This document shows positions 12,648 to 27,000 of a DNA stretch of 64,000 nt, one piece after another; the first letter of the stretch is position 1; each line of letters starts with the position of its first letter. Made by a program: the position numbers and the translations under genes. A model generated the notes under the pieces. That model saw nothing but the letters and a program-made list of their open reading frames with translations, made no database searches and was not told the origin of the DNA. This DNA comes from Podarcis tiliguerta (lineage: Eukaryota), in the NCBI GenBank assembly GCA_965153285.1, contig OZ229110.1; one strand, 5' to 3'.

Positions 12648-14169
12648 GTGAGCATAGACTTACACCGAAGTATTATTTTCAGTGAAAATGGTCACAGGCT
12701 GATGTGAGTTCACAGTGAACAGAGAGCGTTGAAATACATAATTTGGCCTTGTGTGATTCAGTAGACCAAGGAAGTGGGAACAAGCAAAATAAAAATAAAA
12801 ATCTGCTGATATGTTGTTGGCTTACCCAAAGTTTCTATCAAGGAGCTTTCTCCTTGCTCTTGTACTCAGGCTGCCTCATCCTCTAATTTCCCATCTGCAT
12901 TTGCCTTTTACTAGTGAGAAAAGAGGCCCAGTAAGGAGATGGCAATTCAGAGATCCAAGAATAGTGAGGTTTTCCCCTGTGAATTATTAATTTGCAAGCC
13001 TACCAGACATCTCCTGGGCATTGATCTGTTGTGGGATCACTCACTGCTTTTTTATAGAAGCATCTGTTTATTTTGGGATAAGAATTTGCCCATTCTCTTA
13101 TTTATGCACGCAAGGACCTCACCAGAGCATGGAAAAGAGCCTCTTGTCTAACCAGGGGTTCTTAACCTGTGTGTGTTTCCTTATATATAGATCAAATTCA
13201 GCATGCATGATCATTATCTCATTTTATGGAGAACTGTCTGTATATATGTGTGTTTTGTGCAGCTGACAGATGGTTGACTAGTTCCCATGTTTGGCAGCCT
13301 CAGTAGACCAAAGTTAGCTCAGTAGTGTAATGTTACTGAATATGATTTCCTAGATGTTTCAGCTGCAGAATGTAGGTTAGTTTGTAGAAATTTTGATTTT
13401 TGTGGTTTTTAAATCTTTTTTTGCCTGTACCCATTTTACTTTGGTGCATATGCTCATTATGTACATCTATCAGTGAACACTGAAATATATTTTGATGTTT
13501 CTTTAAAAAATAACACACCACACCAACCCAATGAATTGCCATTGTGAAGAATCTAATGAGGAATATATGGAAGTGATTATAGCCAGTACTTATAAGTGAC
13601 AGTGGCAAATTCGTCTGTCTTTTGAAGTCTATCCTTCTTTTTGAGGAAAGATATTATTTTGTTAACTTTGCGAAGAGCTTTAAAAATGAATCTGAATAAT
13701 CATTCCAGTGTATCATCGAGAGTGAAAAACAAAGGGGAAGTAATTAACATTTTTCACCATCAAGTTCATTTCCAGACACTGGCTTAATTTGTCAGTCTAG
13801 TGACCCCTGTGATTCGTACTTGGCCCTCCCCACTGAGATCAAATCCATTGCTGCATTCTTCTTTTGCGGGTGGTGGTGGAGGAGGGTGGCCAGAATTTTC
13901 TACAGCTGATGTCTGCAGACAAAAGCATGGGGTATTTCTACCCAAGCCTTGTTGACAACTGATTTGAAAACGTGATAAATGCTGCTTTTGCTGCTTTTCA
14001 GCACAGATTGCCTTGGGGAGCAGTTTCCGCTGCCCACTCAGTAACAGATGTGGATATTCATATGGGATACACACAACAGATACTTTCTTTAGTCTGCTGC
14101 TACCAGAATGCAGGAGGAATGTTAAACAGTAGCTGCAGGTGACTGAACTAGAAGTTCTTACATGTTCTT

Positions 14170-14470
14170 ACATAGCACATTGGTAAACTGTGGAATTTGT
14201 TCCCATGAGAAGATGTAGCGGCCACCAACTTGGATGACTTTAGAAGAGGATTATATGAATCCATGGAGGATGAGGCTATCAATGGCTACTAGCCATGATG
14301 GTTACGTATGTTCTGTCCTCCCTGTGGGGAAGCAGTATGCCTCTGAATACCATTCACAAGTGGGGAGAATGCTATTGCACTCAGGTCCTGTTTGTGTCAG
14401 GTTGGCCATTGTGGGAACAAAATGCTGAACTAGACGGGCCGTTGGTCTGATCCAACAAGACTCCTCTTAC
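14170..14470 (+). mobile_element. CR1-type LINE 3' end
   Basis: gatgactttagaagaggatta...catggaggatgaggctatcaatggctactagccatgatgg, followed by the same tail as 1205-1342. Confidence 0.65.
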
Positions 14471-17400
14471 AGTACAGTACAAAAGCAGTACAAAAACACT
14501 TGATGAGACATAATGGGAGACTAATTTATTTACTGGAAAGAGCAAGGGAGCAGTAAATGCCAGCAAGTATGATTTTTGAAAATATGTGTCAACTCTGGTT
14601 TGTTTCAAAGAACAAAATCGGGAGGAAACTTTTATTTTGCACCATCTGCAAAACAGACCGATTAGAACACAACTTGCTACCCTCCCTGTCCCAGGCATCC
14701 TGCCTGTGAGCGTAAAATCAGACTCCAGATGGGGAAACATTCCGTGTAATAAGTCTAAGGGTAACTTCGTCTTGGGTCAAGAAGAGGATTAGAGTCATCC
14801 ATGGCCTGCAACAGGGTTTGGATGGAAAATACAAAAATAGGCTTGACCCCTGTGAGTATACACAGGTTTTTGCAGATGATGACTAGTTTTACTCTAGAGC
14901 TGTGCCAGTGAATGTTTATCCATTTAGAAATCTTTCTGAAGAGGTTGTTTGGAGTACTGTGGATCTGGTGTAAATCAAGAGTTTCAAAATATGTGGTTTA
15001 TTTATCCCCCCCACCTCGAGTCTTTGTGCACCTACCTTTCAAAAGCAACAATTCCAACTCTATATAATGTACAAAATTTATCTCAGGGACTCTTTCCCAG
15101 TTAGGTGCTACCCAGGTTCCCATTCCATCTTTTCTCTTCTGGATGTGTGGAGAATGGAGCCCCTTTTAGCTTGGAGGGAGACAAAATCATTTGAGGCAAA
15201 AGGGTGTGGTCATCATTCACACACACCCACACCCACACACACCAGTGAAGGCTTACATAGGGAATCCGCAGCACACAAAGACAGATATTGCCACTTCACT
15301 TGGGGTACAGCAGAAGGCATGTGTAGCCTCATTTAAGCACTCTACATTTGGAAAGTTAAGGGTTTCTTTAATTCCATAAGAGATGCTTTGGTTCAGCTGC
15401 ACTCTTTACTTGGTTCAGGTGTGACTGGCACCCTCCACCTGAAGTAGTTTAGCTTCTATTTCTACCTGAAATGCCCTCACAGTGTTTGTGTGTTACAGGG
15501 TAATATGTTGATGTTGATGCACTGATGTGGTGGGTGATACCATATCATCCAACACTGTTGAAGGGCACAGTCAATACTACATGGGGTTCATACTAGTTTG
15601 TGCAGGATGCCAGTGAGATGCCAGTTAGAATGAGTCTCAGTTCCTTGAGTTTAGACATAGCTTGTTCTATGTTCATAGAAGTTTTTAGCCCCCTCCCCCC
15701 CAGTGAAGCAGGTAACATGTAAGCCTGTGGCTCATGCAGGCTTGTTGCTAAAGTTAAACCATGGTTTGTCATTATAACTGGATTGAGCCAGTCTGAACTG
15801 GCAAATTCAGTGCCATCACAGTGAATTGTGGGTTGACCTACCACAAGTCAAAAGTCAACTTCGGATCACAGTTTATGAAGCTAGTTTGTTTTCACTGATA
15901 GTTAAGATTAATTGCAGTTTAGGATTTGGATGGAATGTTAAACCATGGTTAACCTAAACTGGAATTGGAAGCTTCCAATCTCATCTTCACCGCCACACTG
16001 GAGGATGTGTATGGAGGTGCACATGAGCTTAAGGCTCACTGTGGCTTGTCTTCATACCAGTAAAACATCATTTAGCATTACATGCAGACAGGGCATATAT
16101 GTTTTGGATTGAACTTTTAGGAAAGTATTTGTTGTGCTTTAGATGTATACAGTAGTTGTAAAGACTAAATAAATGCTAAGGAAGTGTGGATTATCTTCAG
16201 GAATGCAAACAAATAGTAGCATCCTAACAAAGCTAATGGATGAAAGATTGTCGAGAAGATTCTACAGCTTATAAACACATGCAGCATTTTCCTCCTTTAG
16301 AGTGGGAAAAATAAGGGAATTAATATTGATCACTCTCTGTTCTTGAGACCAAGAATTTGGCATAGAAAGAAACTTTAAATCCTAGTCAGGAAAACATAAC
16401 CATACATAGGCTCAGAAATCCAGATGTTTAAAAGAAAAATTGGGAACTTGGACTTCGGTATACATTTTAAAACGCCCTTGGCCTAGTGCTGACTTGAAAC
16501 AGCAGGGTATGTTTCACAAAAAAACCCACCTTCACCCCCATTCTCCCATGAAATGCACCTCTTTCTTTTTCTTGTTACAAGTTTTTATAGGAGTTGCAAA
16601 GCAGGATGAACATACTTAACCTGCTGAGAAGTGAGGTCAAGAAACATTGCCTTCATTTTGATTTGGCTACATAACATCATCGGAAACCTTTTATGACATT
16701 CCTGCAGAACTGAATGTGATAACATTGTGCTGTCTATAATATTATGGCGTGTCTGGAATTGCTTCTGGAACACGCATGTGATGGTTTGTTTGAGGTTGTT
16801 TTGTTAGCCAATGCTACATATCAAGGAAAGGACCAGTTTCAGAGAGACAGTGAATAGCATACCAGAAAGGTAAGCAAAGGGGGCTTGTGAATATTTCCCC
16901 CTTGCAAAAGATTATGAGAAACCCAAAGCTGGCCCATGTACTCCATAATAACTGCTGCACCTTGTTTCCGCCAGCACCTTCCTTGTTCTCTTCACCCTCA
17001 ACATGAAGATTGGAATGATGAGCAGTGGGAGGATTTTAGAGAGATCACAATAAATTGTTTTCCTGATTTCTTCACAGAAGGCTGTCCTGTCCTTAACTGC
17101 TCTCTCTTAAGAATAAGAGCACCTTGTTTGCCTGTTCTCCCCACTTTTGGTTGTGCAGCTACTTGAAGCCTCTGGCCTGTCCTTGCCTGCCTCCTGTTTC
17201 TACTCTCTTGCCCCAAGAGCCTGAGGTGATGATGTATTGTGTAGCGTATTTACAGTGAGGTGAGGTACGTAAATCCTGCTCTTGAACATAAAGGCCTGGC
17301 AGTCTCCCAGATGAAGATCTCACTGTGCATAGAAATGTTCGCTCCTACCTGCCAGCAGCATAATACACGTATGGGAAAGGAAGGGAGGGGGCCAGAGTTG

Positions 17401-19426
17401 TGGCTGTGTTAAACTGGTATCTATCAAAAAGGCAAGGAGAAAGGATTAGTAGCAGTCTTTAAATGTAAGGCCGTTTTAGAATGCTGGTGCTTTCTTGTTT
17501 CATACATGATCAAGAAAAGGCAGTGCTGCTGTTGGCTCCCCAATGATAAATATGAGCTAAGTGTGAGGAGTGGTTGATTGCCTCCTTCAATTCAATTCTA
17601 CTGTATTCAACATCAGAATGTATACTATGACTGTTGGACCCACTATTGGTCTCATCCATTCAGTTTGCTGGAGCCTGTCTTTGCATGCGGTGGAAGAACC
17701 AAACTTGCCAAGGGTTTGAGACCCCACGGCTACCCTCATGTAGTTTATCCAGCCAGTTGAATCCGCTTCCCAGGTATGGCTGCTGTTGCATGCTGACATT
17801 GTCTAGGAGCCGCAGGTGAGAACTGGGTGCAGGGTGGGGACCAAAGGTGGACAAACTACCCCAGAAGGACGACATCATGTTCCCCATCAGAGGTGCCACC
17901 CCTTCTCAACACCCCCTAGACCACAGTGGCATCCACTATACCTCAATTTATCCTCCAAATCACACTTTGGATGTTTATTTGAATCGAGCCATTGCATAAA
18001 TGGGTCTTCAAGGACTGCTCCTTTCCAAAGGCTCTCTGAGCTGAGATTTGATTTCAGGTTTCCTGAGACCAAATTAAAGCACAAAATTGGTACCATCTTG
18101 GCTATCCATCTTCTAGAGCCATCAAGTCAGGAGAATAGAAAGATTCAGCATTGTAAGTCCTCTGATCCATCACTGGCGAAGAGGCGGTAGTGAACTGGTA
18201 GTGGAGACACCTGGAGCTTTTAGCAATATTTCTTTGCAACTAATTTTTTTACCACACATGCCTCATTAAAACCATTGCTGCTTGTGAACAGGAAAGAAAG
18301 GAACGCGTGTCATTGGTTCTTAGCTGATGTAAGACCGATCGGTCTGCTGTTCACCAAAAGCCTTGGTTTGCTTCAATTCTCAGAAGTTAGGATGGAATCT
18401 GCTGATCTGAGCTATTCCTAAATGTTCATAATTTTTGTTGAAAGCAATCTCTATGTAAGCAATTTCAGTAGCCACCAGAGAGGCTGAGGGAAGCAAAGGT
18501 GCACAAATTAAAGCAGAGAATGTGTGTGTGTGTGCATGCATTTGTAACAGTTTACTGAAATATGCTTTTGAGCTACGGGACAGGCTGTTTTCCTGCAAAT
18601 GAGGGAGTTGCTTGGCTTTTGCAAGCATGGAAGAAGGAAGATGGCAGGGAGATCACTCCTGTTTGCATGCTCTCTGTGCTATGAAAAAGCCTTTGAGAGT
18701 CTACTGCAGAATAGCTTTGAAGGGGCAGCTGCACACATAGAACTTTGGGTAAAAACTTTATCTTGTCTTCCTCTGTGGCTTTTGTCAGTGACCCCCATTA
18801 AATTGGCTCAGTCGGCAGGCTGGAGCAGGAATGTTCCGTTAGATTTAAGGGGCAGCTTGTTGGCTGATGGTCACGCTGTGCTCTCAGCTTCCTTCCAAAT
18901 TGTAAACTCAGATGGAATGGATCCACTGTAAAGTTTCATCTAACAGATGATCTTTTTTTAATTGTGCCTGGAGAAGAAGCATCCCTCACCCCACCCCTTG
19001 GCTCTGGAGAACTGACATTGCCTAAAAGCCACCCCTTTGTCTGTCTAACAGGCTGATGAATCACAAAATATGAATCACATTATAGGGCTGCATAGGAACA
19101 AGTCATCACCTCTTTGCCTGCAGAGCAAAGCTTCAACTCAAGCAAGGAACCAGTGGGCACACTGCAATGTAATTATTAGTGGTACCCATCAGCCTGTTTT
19201 GAAGTGTAGCTTTAGCTCAAACTCAGTTATGGGCATGAGTTAGGCTACACGTCACATATTTTTTAAGGGGGAAAGCTAGTGTCTCCCCACATATTTAAAA
19301 TATTTAGGTTTGCTTTGGATTCTGACAAATGTGAGCTGGGTGAATGGCGGCATCAGCTTCACTGTAACAGTATGTGGTGGGGACAGAAAAGGTTCACATT
19401 TCTCCTCTAAACGTTCCTTCCAGAAG

Positions 19427-19428
19427 TT

Positions 19429-19479
<51 letters not shown>
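19427..19479. repeat. (TTTC)n microsatellite
   Basis: Read directly. Confidence 0.95.
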
Positions 19480-19743
19480 GTAGTAATTCTCAATCTGTCA
19501 AAAATGATGGAACAAAGTTGTTAAAACTGCTTTTATAAACTAGACCATAAAGGAATGAAACTGTCTTTTAGTCCACTCTTAACTCCTAAGATCTGCATGT
19601 GTGCCCAGGACCTAAGTGGTTAGGATGTTACATGCCCACAGCTGCTCCTGAAGCCTTTGGAATGTATCTGATGCAAGTAAGGCAGGTGTGAACATTGTAG
19701 CATTCAGGTGTTGGGTTGTAACACTAGACATTACACCCCTCTT

Positions 19744-19744
19744 T

Positions 19745-19820
<76 letters not shown>
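19744..19820. repeat. Compound microsatellite (TG)n(AG)n(ACAG)n
   Basis: Read directly. Confidence 0.95.
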
Positions 19821-20414
19821 AACTCTGTACAACCCCACTTGATGCATCTTGCTGCTGGTTTGCTTCTGAGGCTGCAAAGATTCAGGGAGAAAAATGATAG
19901 TTCATATGAGACTTGTGGGTGCTGGGAATGCTGAATTTGTGTGCTTGGCCACCCAAAAACCTTATTAGAAAGAACCATAGATTTTGAAGAGACCAGAAAG
20001 AAATATAAAGTCCATCTCTCTGCCACAAGGGACGTTGCTTGCCAACCTCCTTCCCACATGGTTTTTGTTCTCCTGCCTTAAATAATTTACACTGGGTGCT
20101 AAAGTTTTGATCAGCGTAGGTGGGATATCTCTGCTCTACAATGAGAGATCAGTGAACTGTTCGCTTTAATTAGAAGTGATACAACAACCATTGCAGCTTG
20201 TGCCAGGGGGACTCTGTGGAATAGAGCCATTGCCATTGGAAATATGAGCAAGCTGCGTCTGTGTTGGAAAGGAGTCTTGGCTTATAATCAAGTAGGAAAT
20301 GTAATCAATCATTAGGGTGCAGGCCTCAGGGTTGTACTCCCCCACAACTGGGAGTGGTGCTCTCTGCTTCATTGAAGCTAAAAAAGTAATGATGCCTGTG
20401 TTCTGGTTTTGTAG

Positions 20415-20498
20415 GGTGTAATTGCAGAATTGAAAGTGAAAGGAGATCCTCACGCAGCTGATGTCCAGTGTGAGGAAGATGATGATGATTCTGATATG
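20415..20498 (+). CDS. COL18A1: COL18A1 exon GVIAELKVKGDPHAADVQCEEDDDDSDM (84 bp)
   Basis: ttttgtag acceptor, gtaagt donor (duplicated 18 bp downstream). End of TSPN domain. Confidence 0.93.
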
Positions 20499-21256
20499 GT
20501 AAGTGATTCTGATATGGTAAGTGGCTCAGGATTTGACTATATTAAAGCTGTTGTATATTGGGGTGGTTCAAACATACTGCTACTAAACCATAATTTAGCA
20601 CTATGAGAAGATGTGGTTAATCTTAACTATGGTCAGTGGAAACAAGCCAAATTCAAAAACTATTGCTTATGAAACTTTTTGTTTTCACAAACAATAGTTG
20701 AGATAAACCACAGTTTAGGATTCAGATAACTTGCTAAACTGCAGTTAATTTGAAGTGGAAACTTTCAATCTTCTCCTTGTGGCAGATCAATAATCAGTCT
20801 AGATCAGTATTTTCAGAAGGCATACCTCTTTAGCCAGGCTTTTGGGAGGGAGTGGTAAGAGGCTAGCCAGTCTCACCTTGTTTTTATTTTTCATTGTTTT
20901 TGTGTGTATGTGTTACAGTTTTATATTTGCTATTTCTTTGTTACCTTTATGACGTATACCTTGTCCTGGGATTATGTGATAAAGGGCAGGCTTATAAATT
21001 GCACTAAAAAATAAATAAACCCTCTGTTTGGCAGACTCTCTCAATGCTGTGGTTTATCTGACACCACAAAGTCAGACCGCATGGTGCCAGATAGGCAGTA
21101 GGATTTGTGCAAGCCGCTCTGCATAGTCTATGAATGCAGAAGTTTAAAGTAACTCCTGAAGAAGGAACTTCTGTTCTGAAATGCACTGAGCTGTAATAAA
21201 CCTTAATTATTGGCAATTTTGAGAACTAGTTTCTCCCTTTTGCATTCTTTCTGGTA

Positions 21257-21508
21257 CAGTGGTACCTTGGTTTAAGAACAGCTTAGTTTATGAACAACTT
21301 GGATTAAGAATGCTGCAAACCCGGAAGTAGGTGTTTTGGTTTGTGAACTTTGCCTTGGAAGCAGAACATGTTCCGCTTCCTGTTGAGTGTGTTCCATTTG
21401 TAAATTGAGTCCCCTGCTGCTATGGGAAAGCACACCTTGGTTTAAGAATGTTTTGGTTTAAGAATGGACTTCCGGAACAGATTAAGTTAATAAACCAAGG
21501 TATCACTA
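21257..21508. mobile_element. Tc1/mariner (Tigger/pogo-like) MITE
   Basis: TA|cagtggtaccttggttta ... taaaccaaggtatcacta|TA: terminal inverted repeats with TA flanks and internal ttggtttaagaa repeats. Confidence 0.78.
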
Positions 21509-22478
21509 TATGTGTGCCTTCCTCGTAGTCAAAACAACCCGCCTTCCTTACATGGAAGGAGAACAATGAAGTAAATTAAGGAGTTATGCCAGAATAATGT
21601 ATAGGAATCCCTTACTGTGAAGAGGAATCTCTTGGGACTTGATTCACAAATCCCAGGAAGTCATTGCAAAATCAGAAGATTTGTGCTTTTGAGAGTTTGA
21701 GGGCCCTTTTGAAAATTTCTACTCTCTTATTAGACCATAGAAAGTAGTATTCTCACTGGATTAAACTATTTGGTTACCAGGTCCTCACTTGTTAGTATTT
21801 CCATTGACCAGTTAAAATATTTCTCATCTTAAAGTCAACAAAGAGCAAGACTGCAGTGGTGTTTTTTTTTTATGCAATGAATTTATATGCCACTTTTCTT
21901 TAAAACAGAGGCTGCTTACAAGTTTAACAGACCATATCTGCCACTAAGATATTTTATCATAAAACCCAAGCAACCTAGGAAACCATTCAGTTAAATGCCT
22001 TGAAAAAACCATCTTCCTTTGCCTCCAGAAGCCCAGAAACATCTGATGTCAATGGGTTCCTGCAGGAGGGTGAGCCATAGGAAGAGAATAGTTAAAAAAC
22101 TCTGTCCCCTGCCACTGCTGATTTAACCTGGTTGGCAGGGATAGAAGCCTATAGCAGAGACCCTCCTTGCCCACTTAGAGAAGAGATAAGCTTGTAAGAA
22201 GAAAAGGGTTCTATAAATGTTGAGAGAAGACACCACTTCACAATAGCTGAATGTTGCTTGAGGAATAGTTTTCTGCATATGGTGCAGGCACGTTGATATA
22301 TTTTTACACCAAAGTTCTGTTGCTATGCTCTAGCCTGGCTATTGCATTTCATAGGGGTTTTTTTCCAGGGAAACAATTGACTATACTGTACTGAAAGCAT
22401 TAATCAAGTGAGTGCAACCATCCTTCATTTGCATCCTCTGCTTACCTTTATCTTTCATTTAAACAAAAACCTCTTTAG

Positions 22479-22544
22479 ATATCTGGCGATGGTGGAAGTG
22501 GAGCTGAAGAAAGGCCGCAGCCGTCGGAAAAGGAAAAGGAAAAG
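22479..22544 (+). CDS. COL18A1: COL18A1 exon ISGDGGSGAEERPQPSEKEKEK (66 bp, GAG-attachment SG motifs)
   Basis: ctctttag / gtgagt boundaries. SGD.GSG motif typical of collagen XVIII. Confidence 0.9.
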
Positions 22545-23401
22545 GTGAGTTCTAGTCCATGTTCGTGATGTTCCTCTGCCTTGCCTTAACTTTCCATGCT
22601 CAAATGTACTTTCTAAAATCCATGTGTGAGATATCCTTGCTGTTAGGGTTGATGCATATGGGGCGGCTATTATTATTATTATTATTCACTTTTATGCTCT
22701 GGTTGTGTCAAATGGGTGGTCTCGTTGCACGACACCACTCAAACCCACACCGAGGAAATTGATAATGTTCCGCAAAGTAGTAGCATCCGCTTGTGGTGAG
22801 CGAGTCGGATGACTCATTTGCCACAAGTATGGAGCTGCTGGAGGCAGAGGAAGAAAAGTGGTCCTTATGAGCTACTCGATCACTTGTGTCAGTCTTACTA
22901 CATTTCCAGCAGGGAAATGCAAAAGATGTCTAGTGTAGCAAAGAAGAACCACCTCTAGCCACGACGACAGCAGAAAGTTACCCATTTTGTCTTTTACCTT
23001 GTGGTTAGAACCTACGGCTGTGCAGTGTGTGGCATCAGTATATACTGAAGAAGATAAAAAGCAAGGATGTGTGAGATGATTAAGTTTACCGTCAGAGGCA
23101 ATATGCCTGTGGACACCAGTTTCCGGGAATTGCAAGTGGGGAGAGTGCCGCTTTGGGGCTTCCCATAGGCATCTAGTTGGCCAATAGGCATCTAGTTGAC
23201 TTCTTCTGCTCTTCTGTCCTGTCCCATGGTACATGGCACTTTGCTATCTTTCAGTCTAGTTCATGCAGCAGAAGTCGGGGGGGGGGGTTAAAAGTGATAA
23301 GGAAGGTGCAATAGAACTTGAAAAGCAAAGCTGAGAAAGAGAGACCCTTTTCTGAGCTGATATCTTTCTTAGTGCCCTAAACCACAGGGTACCTGGGGGC
23401 A

Positions 23402-24043
23402 TGTCCTGCTGGAGGGCACGATCCCACAGCAGATGCTAGCACGCAGTCTGGCAGGCCAACAAGTCCAAAGTTCAGTCGGACTAGGTTCCTGCCTCTGCAG
23501 CTGATCCAGGGATCAGGGCACCTGCAAGCCAGCCCCTCGCAAGCACAGTCCCGTGAGAGATCCAGAAGCATCCAAGTCAAGGTCCATCAACATGGGCAGT
23601 TGAGCAGACACAGCACCTGTTGCCCTTTTCTACTCTGCATGCTGATAGCAGCACCTGGGCTTAAAAAGAGTCACATGACCCTCACCTGCTCCAGCTGAGG
23701 AATCACACACCTTCTCCCAGACCTAGTGAGTCCCACCTGGCCAGCTAGTGAGCTGGGCTGTGGGTCCTCGCCTGCTTCAATCTCCAAGATCATCTCCCCC
23801 CCCCCACTCCCTATGCCTCTGAGCCATGATCATGGAGATGGGGGCCCCTCTGGTGAGGGGTCTTGCTGCTCTGATTCCTGTGCACTGACCCTCACCTCCT
23901 CGCCATCCTCCGTCACCCCGTGAGTACTTCCTACACCATCTTTTCCTTCCCCATCCCCAGCTTGCCCTGATGTGTCCCAGTCCTGGCTACACCCCTTGTC
24001 AGGATCCTCTTTCTCCTCCCCATCGTCCTGCCAGTTCATGACA
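23402..24043 (-). mobile_element. Solo-LTR-like element
   Basis: GC-richer block bounded by tgtcctg ... catgaca (TG..CA short inverted termini). TATA-like tttttaagccc on the minus strand. No TSD seen. Confidence 0.45.
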
Positions 24044-27000
24044 CTTAGGGTCCATCCACACTTTGTCCTGTGATTTCTAGTATTTTGTATCAATCTATTA
24101 TCACGGGTTCAAGAGAGGTGTTTTGCTTTTGTTTTTTGTCCCTCCACTTTCCCTGGGAAAACCCACCTATTTACTGCTGCAGACATCAATCCACAGAAAA
24201 CCCTATTCTAAACCTGGGAATTGCGTTAGGGCGGTTTGCTTCCACCTCCTTTCCTTCTTTCTGCCCCTGCAGGATTTTTTCCCCCAGTTGCCTCTCTAGC
24301 TTTGAGCAGCACGCTTCTGGTTTACTCTGCATGCTTAATTTTTTATTCTACTTTTCCTTGTTTAGTGCTCGTATAGAATTGTGATCAAATGATACATGTG
24401 CAATACATGTGCATGTTTCCCTTGTTTGCTTTGATTGGTTGTGATGGTTCCAATAACAGCTTTATTTTCTGTCTACAATAATATGTATCGGAAGGGTCCT
24501 TGCTCCTTTTGTGGATGCCAAATGATTGCCTGATTATCTCATTTTGCCTCACCTGATGCTCCTTGCCTCAGCTTGGTTTTCTGATTCTCAGGTTCTCTGA
24601 TTTTCTGACTCTGACATGGGTGGGTGCAGCTGAAGGTGGAAACAACATGAAAAGCGATCTATTGGTTTCAGGAATAATGAATGGGAAAACATGGGGTTTC
24701 AGGGGTCTCTCCCCAAGTAGAATCCTAGGCAAAAATCACAAGTGGGAATACCCAGCCCCAGACCAATTTGAAAACAGGGCAAAGAGGTGTAGACTTTAGG
24801 AAAAGTGTGGCTGGGTGACAACCGAATTGGTTTTTGTATTTGCTACATTTGCTTATTGAATGTCAAAGACACACACCATAGCAGTTCAGCTTCAGAAGTT
24901 TAAAATGTGTGTTTTTTTGTGAGAACTCCCTTAGGAAGTGTATATTTGGGAAAGAAAGCCAGCACAGTGACAGGGACCCCCTTCCTCCTTCAGCTAACCT
25001 TGTGCTGAGTTAGCAGAAACCCAAAGCAGGGCTGAATTTCTAATTGCCTCTTAAACACAACTGTACTGCTGTAAGTAGAAAATACATAAGAGCTACAAGG
25101 AACCTTGAACACCTGGTAAATAAGTGTTGCCTTTCCTTTGAGCAGTGAAGGGTTAGATTCCTTATGTGGTATTAAGTTGAAGAGGTCAGGGTGGTGATAA
25201 ATGGAAAACTTGGGAAGATCCAGTTTGCTGCGCAGCAATCCCTCTTGCTGTTCTGGCTTCAGGGATAGCTGCGCAGCCTGCATTCACTCCATAAGACACA
25301 CACACACATTTCCCCTTACTTTTTAGGAGGGGAAAAGTGCGTCTTATAGAGCGAAAAATACGGTAACTTGTTAGTTAAATCCAGCCCTCTTTGAGTTTTA
25401 TTTTCTACTACATAATGAATGAGACTGTTGTTGTCTTCTGGATAGTTCCTGGAAGTTCCTGGATCCCTGCATTTACTTCTGGATAAAGAAGGGCTAGTCT
25501 CAGAAGGCACAGAGTAGGGAGGAAGTGTGCACATCAAGCTTTAATAAGGGATAACCAATGTCCAGAATCTTGCTTGAAAGTAAATGGGTTGCCAGTTTTG
25601 AAAAGTGATCAGTGTCATCCACTTCTCTAAATTCAGCCAAATTCTAAGTTCGGCCACAATGGCATTTTTACTGGCAACAACTTCTGAAGAGTCTTCAAGT
25701 ACTCCCCATGTGCAGCACATGACAATAACAGTTAGCAGTTGCCAGGATATGAACGAAGCTGGCAAGTTTCTCAACAAAGAGAGCTGCAAGTTGGTGTTAT
25801 CGCTGTCTATATAGTGTACATATGGCATGCCCACGCGTTTCTTTGTTTTTCTATATACTAAAGCCACAGCTTCAAGCATTGTGCATTGAAGTTACCCGAA
25901 GAAGATTTCAAGAGTCCAGAGATGATCTGCTAGTTATCCTCTTTCCACCAGATGTGCGGTGCAGCCTGGAAACTTGCCCCTTTGTGCTAATCCAAATAAT
26001 GTGTCCAAGCTTAGACATCTGTATGATTGAGGATATGGGGTTTTTCCAGGGCAATAATGTTTTGAGGCAGCTGGTCAAGCTGGACTCCTCATTTCCTACT
26101 AATGGAGGATCGCTGCTGTTGGGCTTTTGGCAACCTCCAAGCATTTGGCTAGGCACAGCATACCAGGCATGCTGCTGACTGCTTTCAGTGGTGCGTCACA
26201 TAATCCTAGACTCTGCTAACTTTCTACTTCTTCGGATTTCCTCTTTGTCTCGCCCACATCTGATTACCCACATCATGGTTAATGCCGTTCCCCCCCAGAG
26301 CTAGTCCAGCAATAATGTGTATGTGAGCAGATTGTTGGGTGTTTGCTCCTGGCACACCAACGCAACGTTTTGGATGATGAAATACAGGCAAATGTGGAAA
26401 CATGGGCAAATTAAGTGCAGTCCAATAGCCTTTTCCATCAGACCCACAAACCTTGCCTTTCTGGACTGATGACGAGTATCTGTGTTTTTTCTCTCTGCAA
26501 GAAAATAAATTGATGTGAGCAAAAAATATTTGCGCTTGGAAGAAAATTGCTCTTCCTGAACCTCACAATAACAACAAAGCATCTTTACTGCATCTTTTAT
26601 AAAAAAATAATTACAATGATTTTTCTTCCTTCTCTGTAGCAACAAGCTTTATTGCTTTGTAGCAAGACTGCACAAACCCCTTGATCTTCTGCATCACTAA
26701 CACTTTAAAATAATTTACCGAACAGTTGCATGGCTTAGAATTCAGAGGTCCTGAGCTCTGCCCTGGTCCATCAGTCATAGCTCTACAGTGCCGAAGCCAT
26801 TCCAAGCTGAGGCAAGGAGCATCAGGTGAGGCAAAATGAGATTGTTCCCATTTGAGTCAACGGAAAGGGAATTACTTATGCCAGGCTCTGTCCTGACTTT
26901 GATTTCTGGCATTTCTGTCTGGATCCTTGGACTGAGACAGGTTAGTCAGGATCTGGTGTAGCTGTGGCCCTCACCTACGACCTCATATTGGGAGGATCCT

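Noticed and set aside
23165-23198. Short tandem duplications (ataggcatctagttg x2; also ~24392 and ~48982)
   Set aside because: Ordinary slippage duplications in intronic or repeat DNA with no link to splice sites. Not CRISPR-like.
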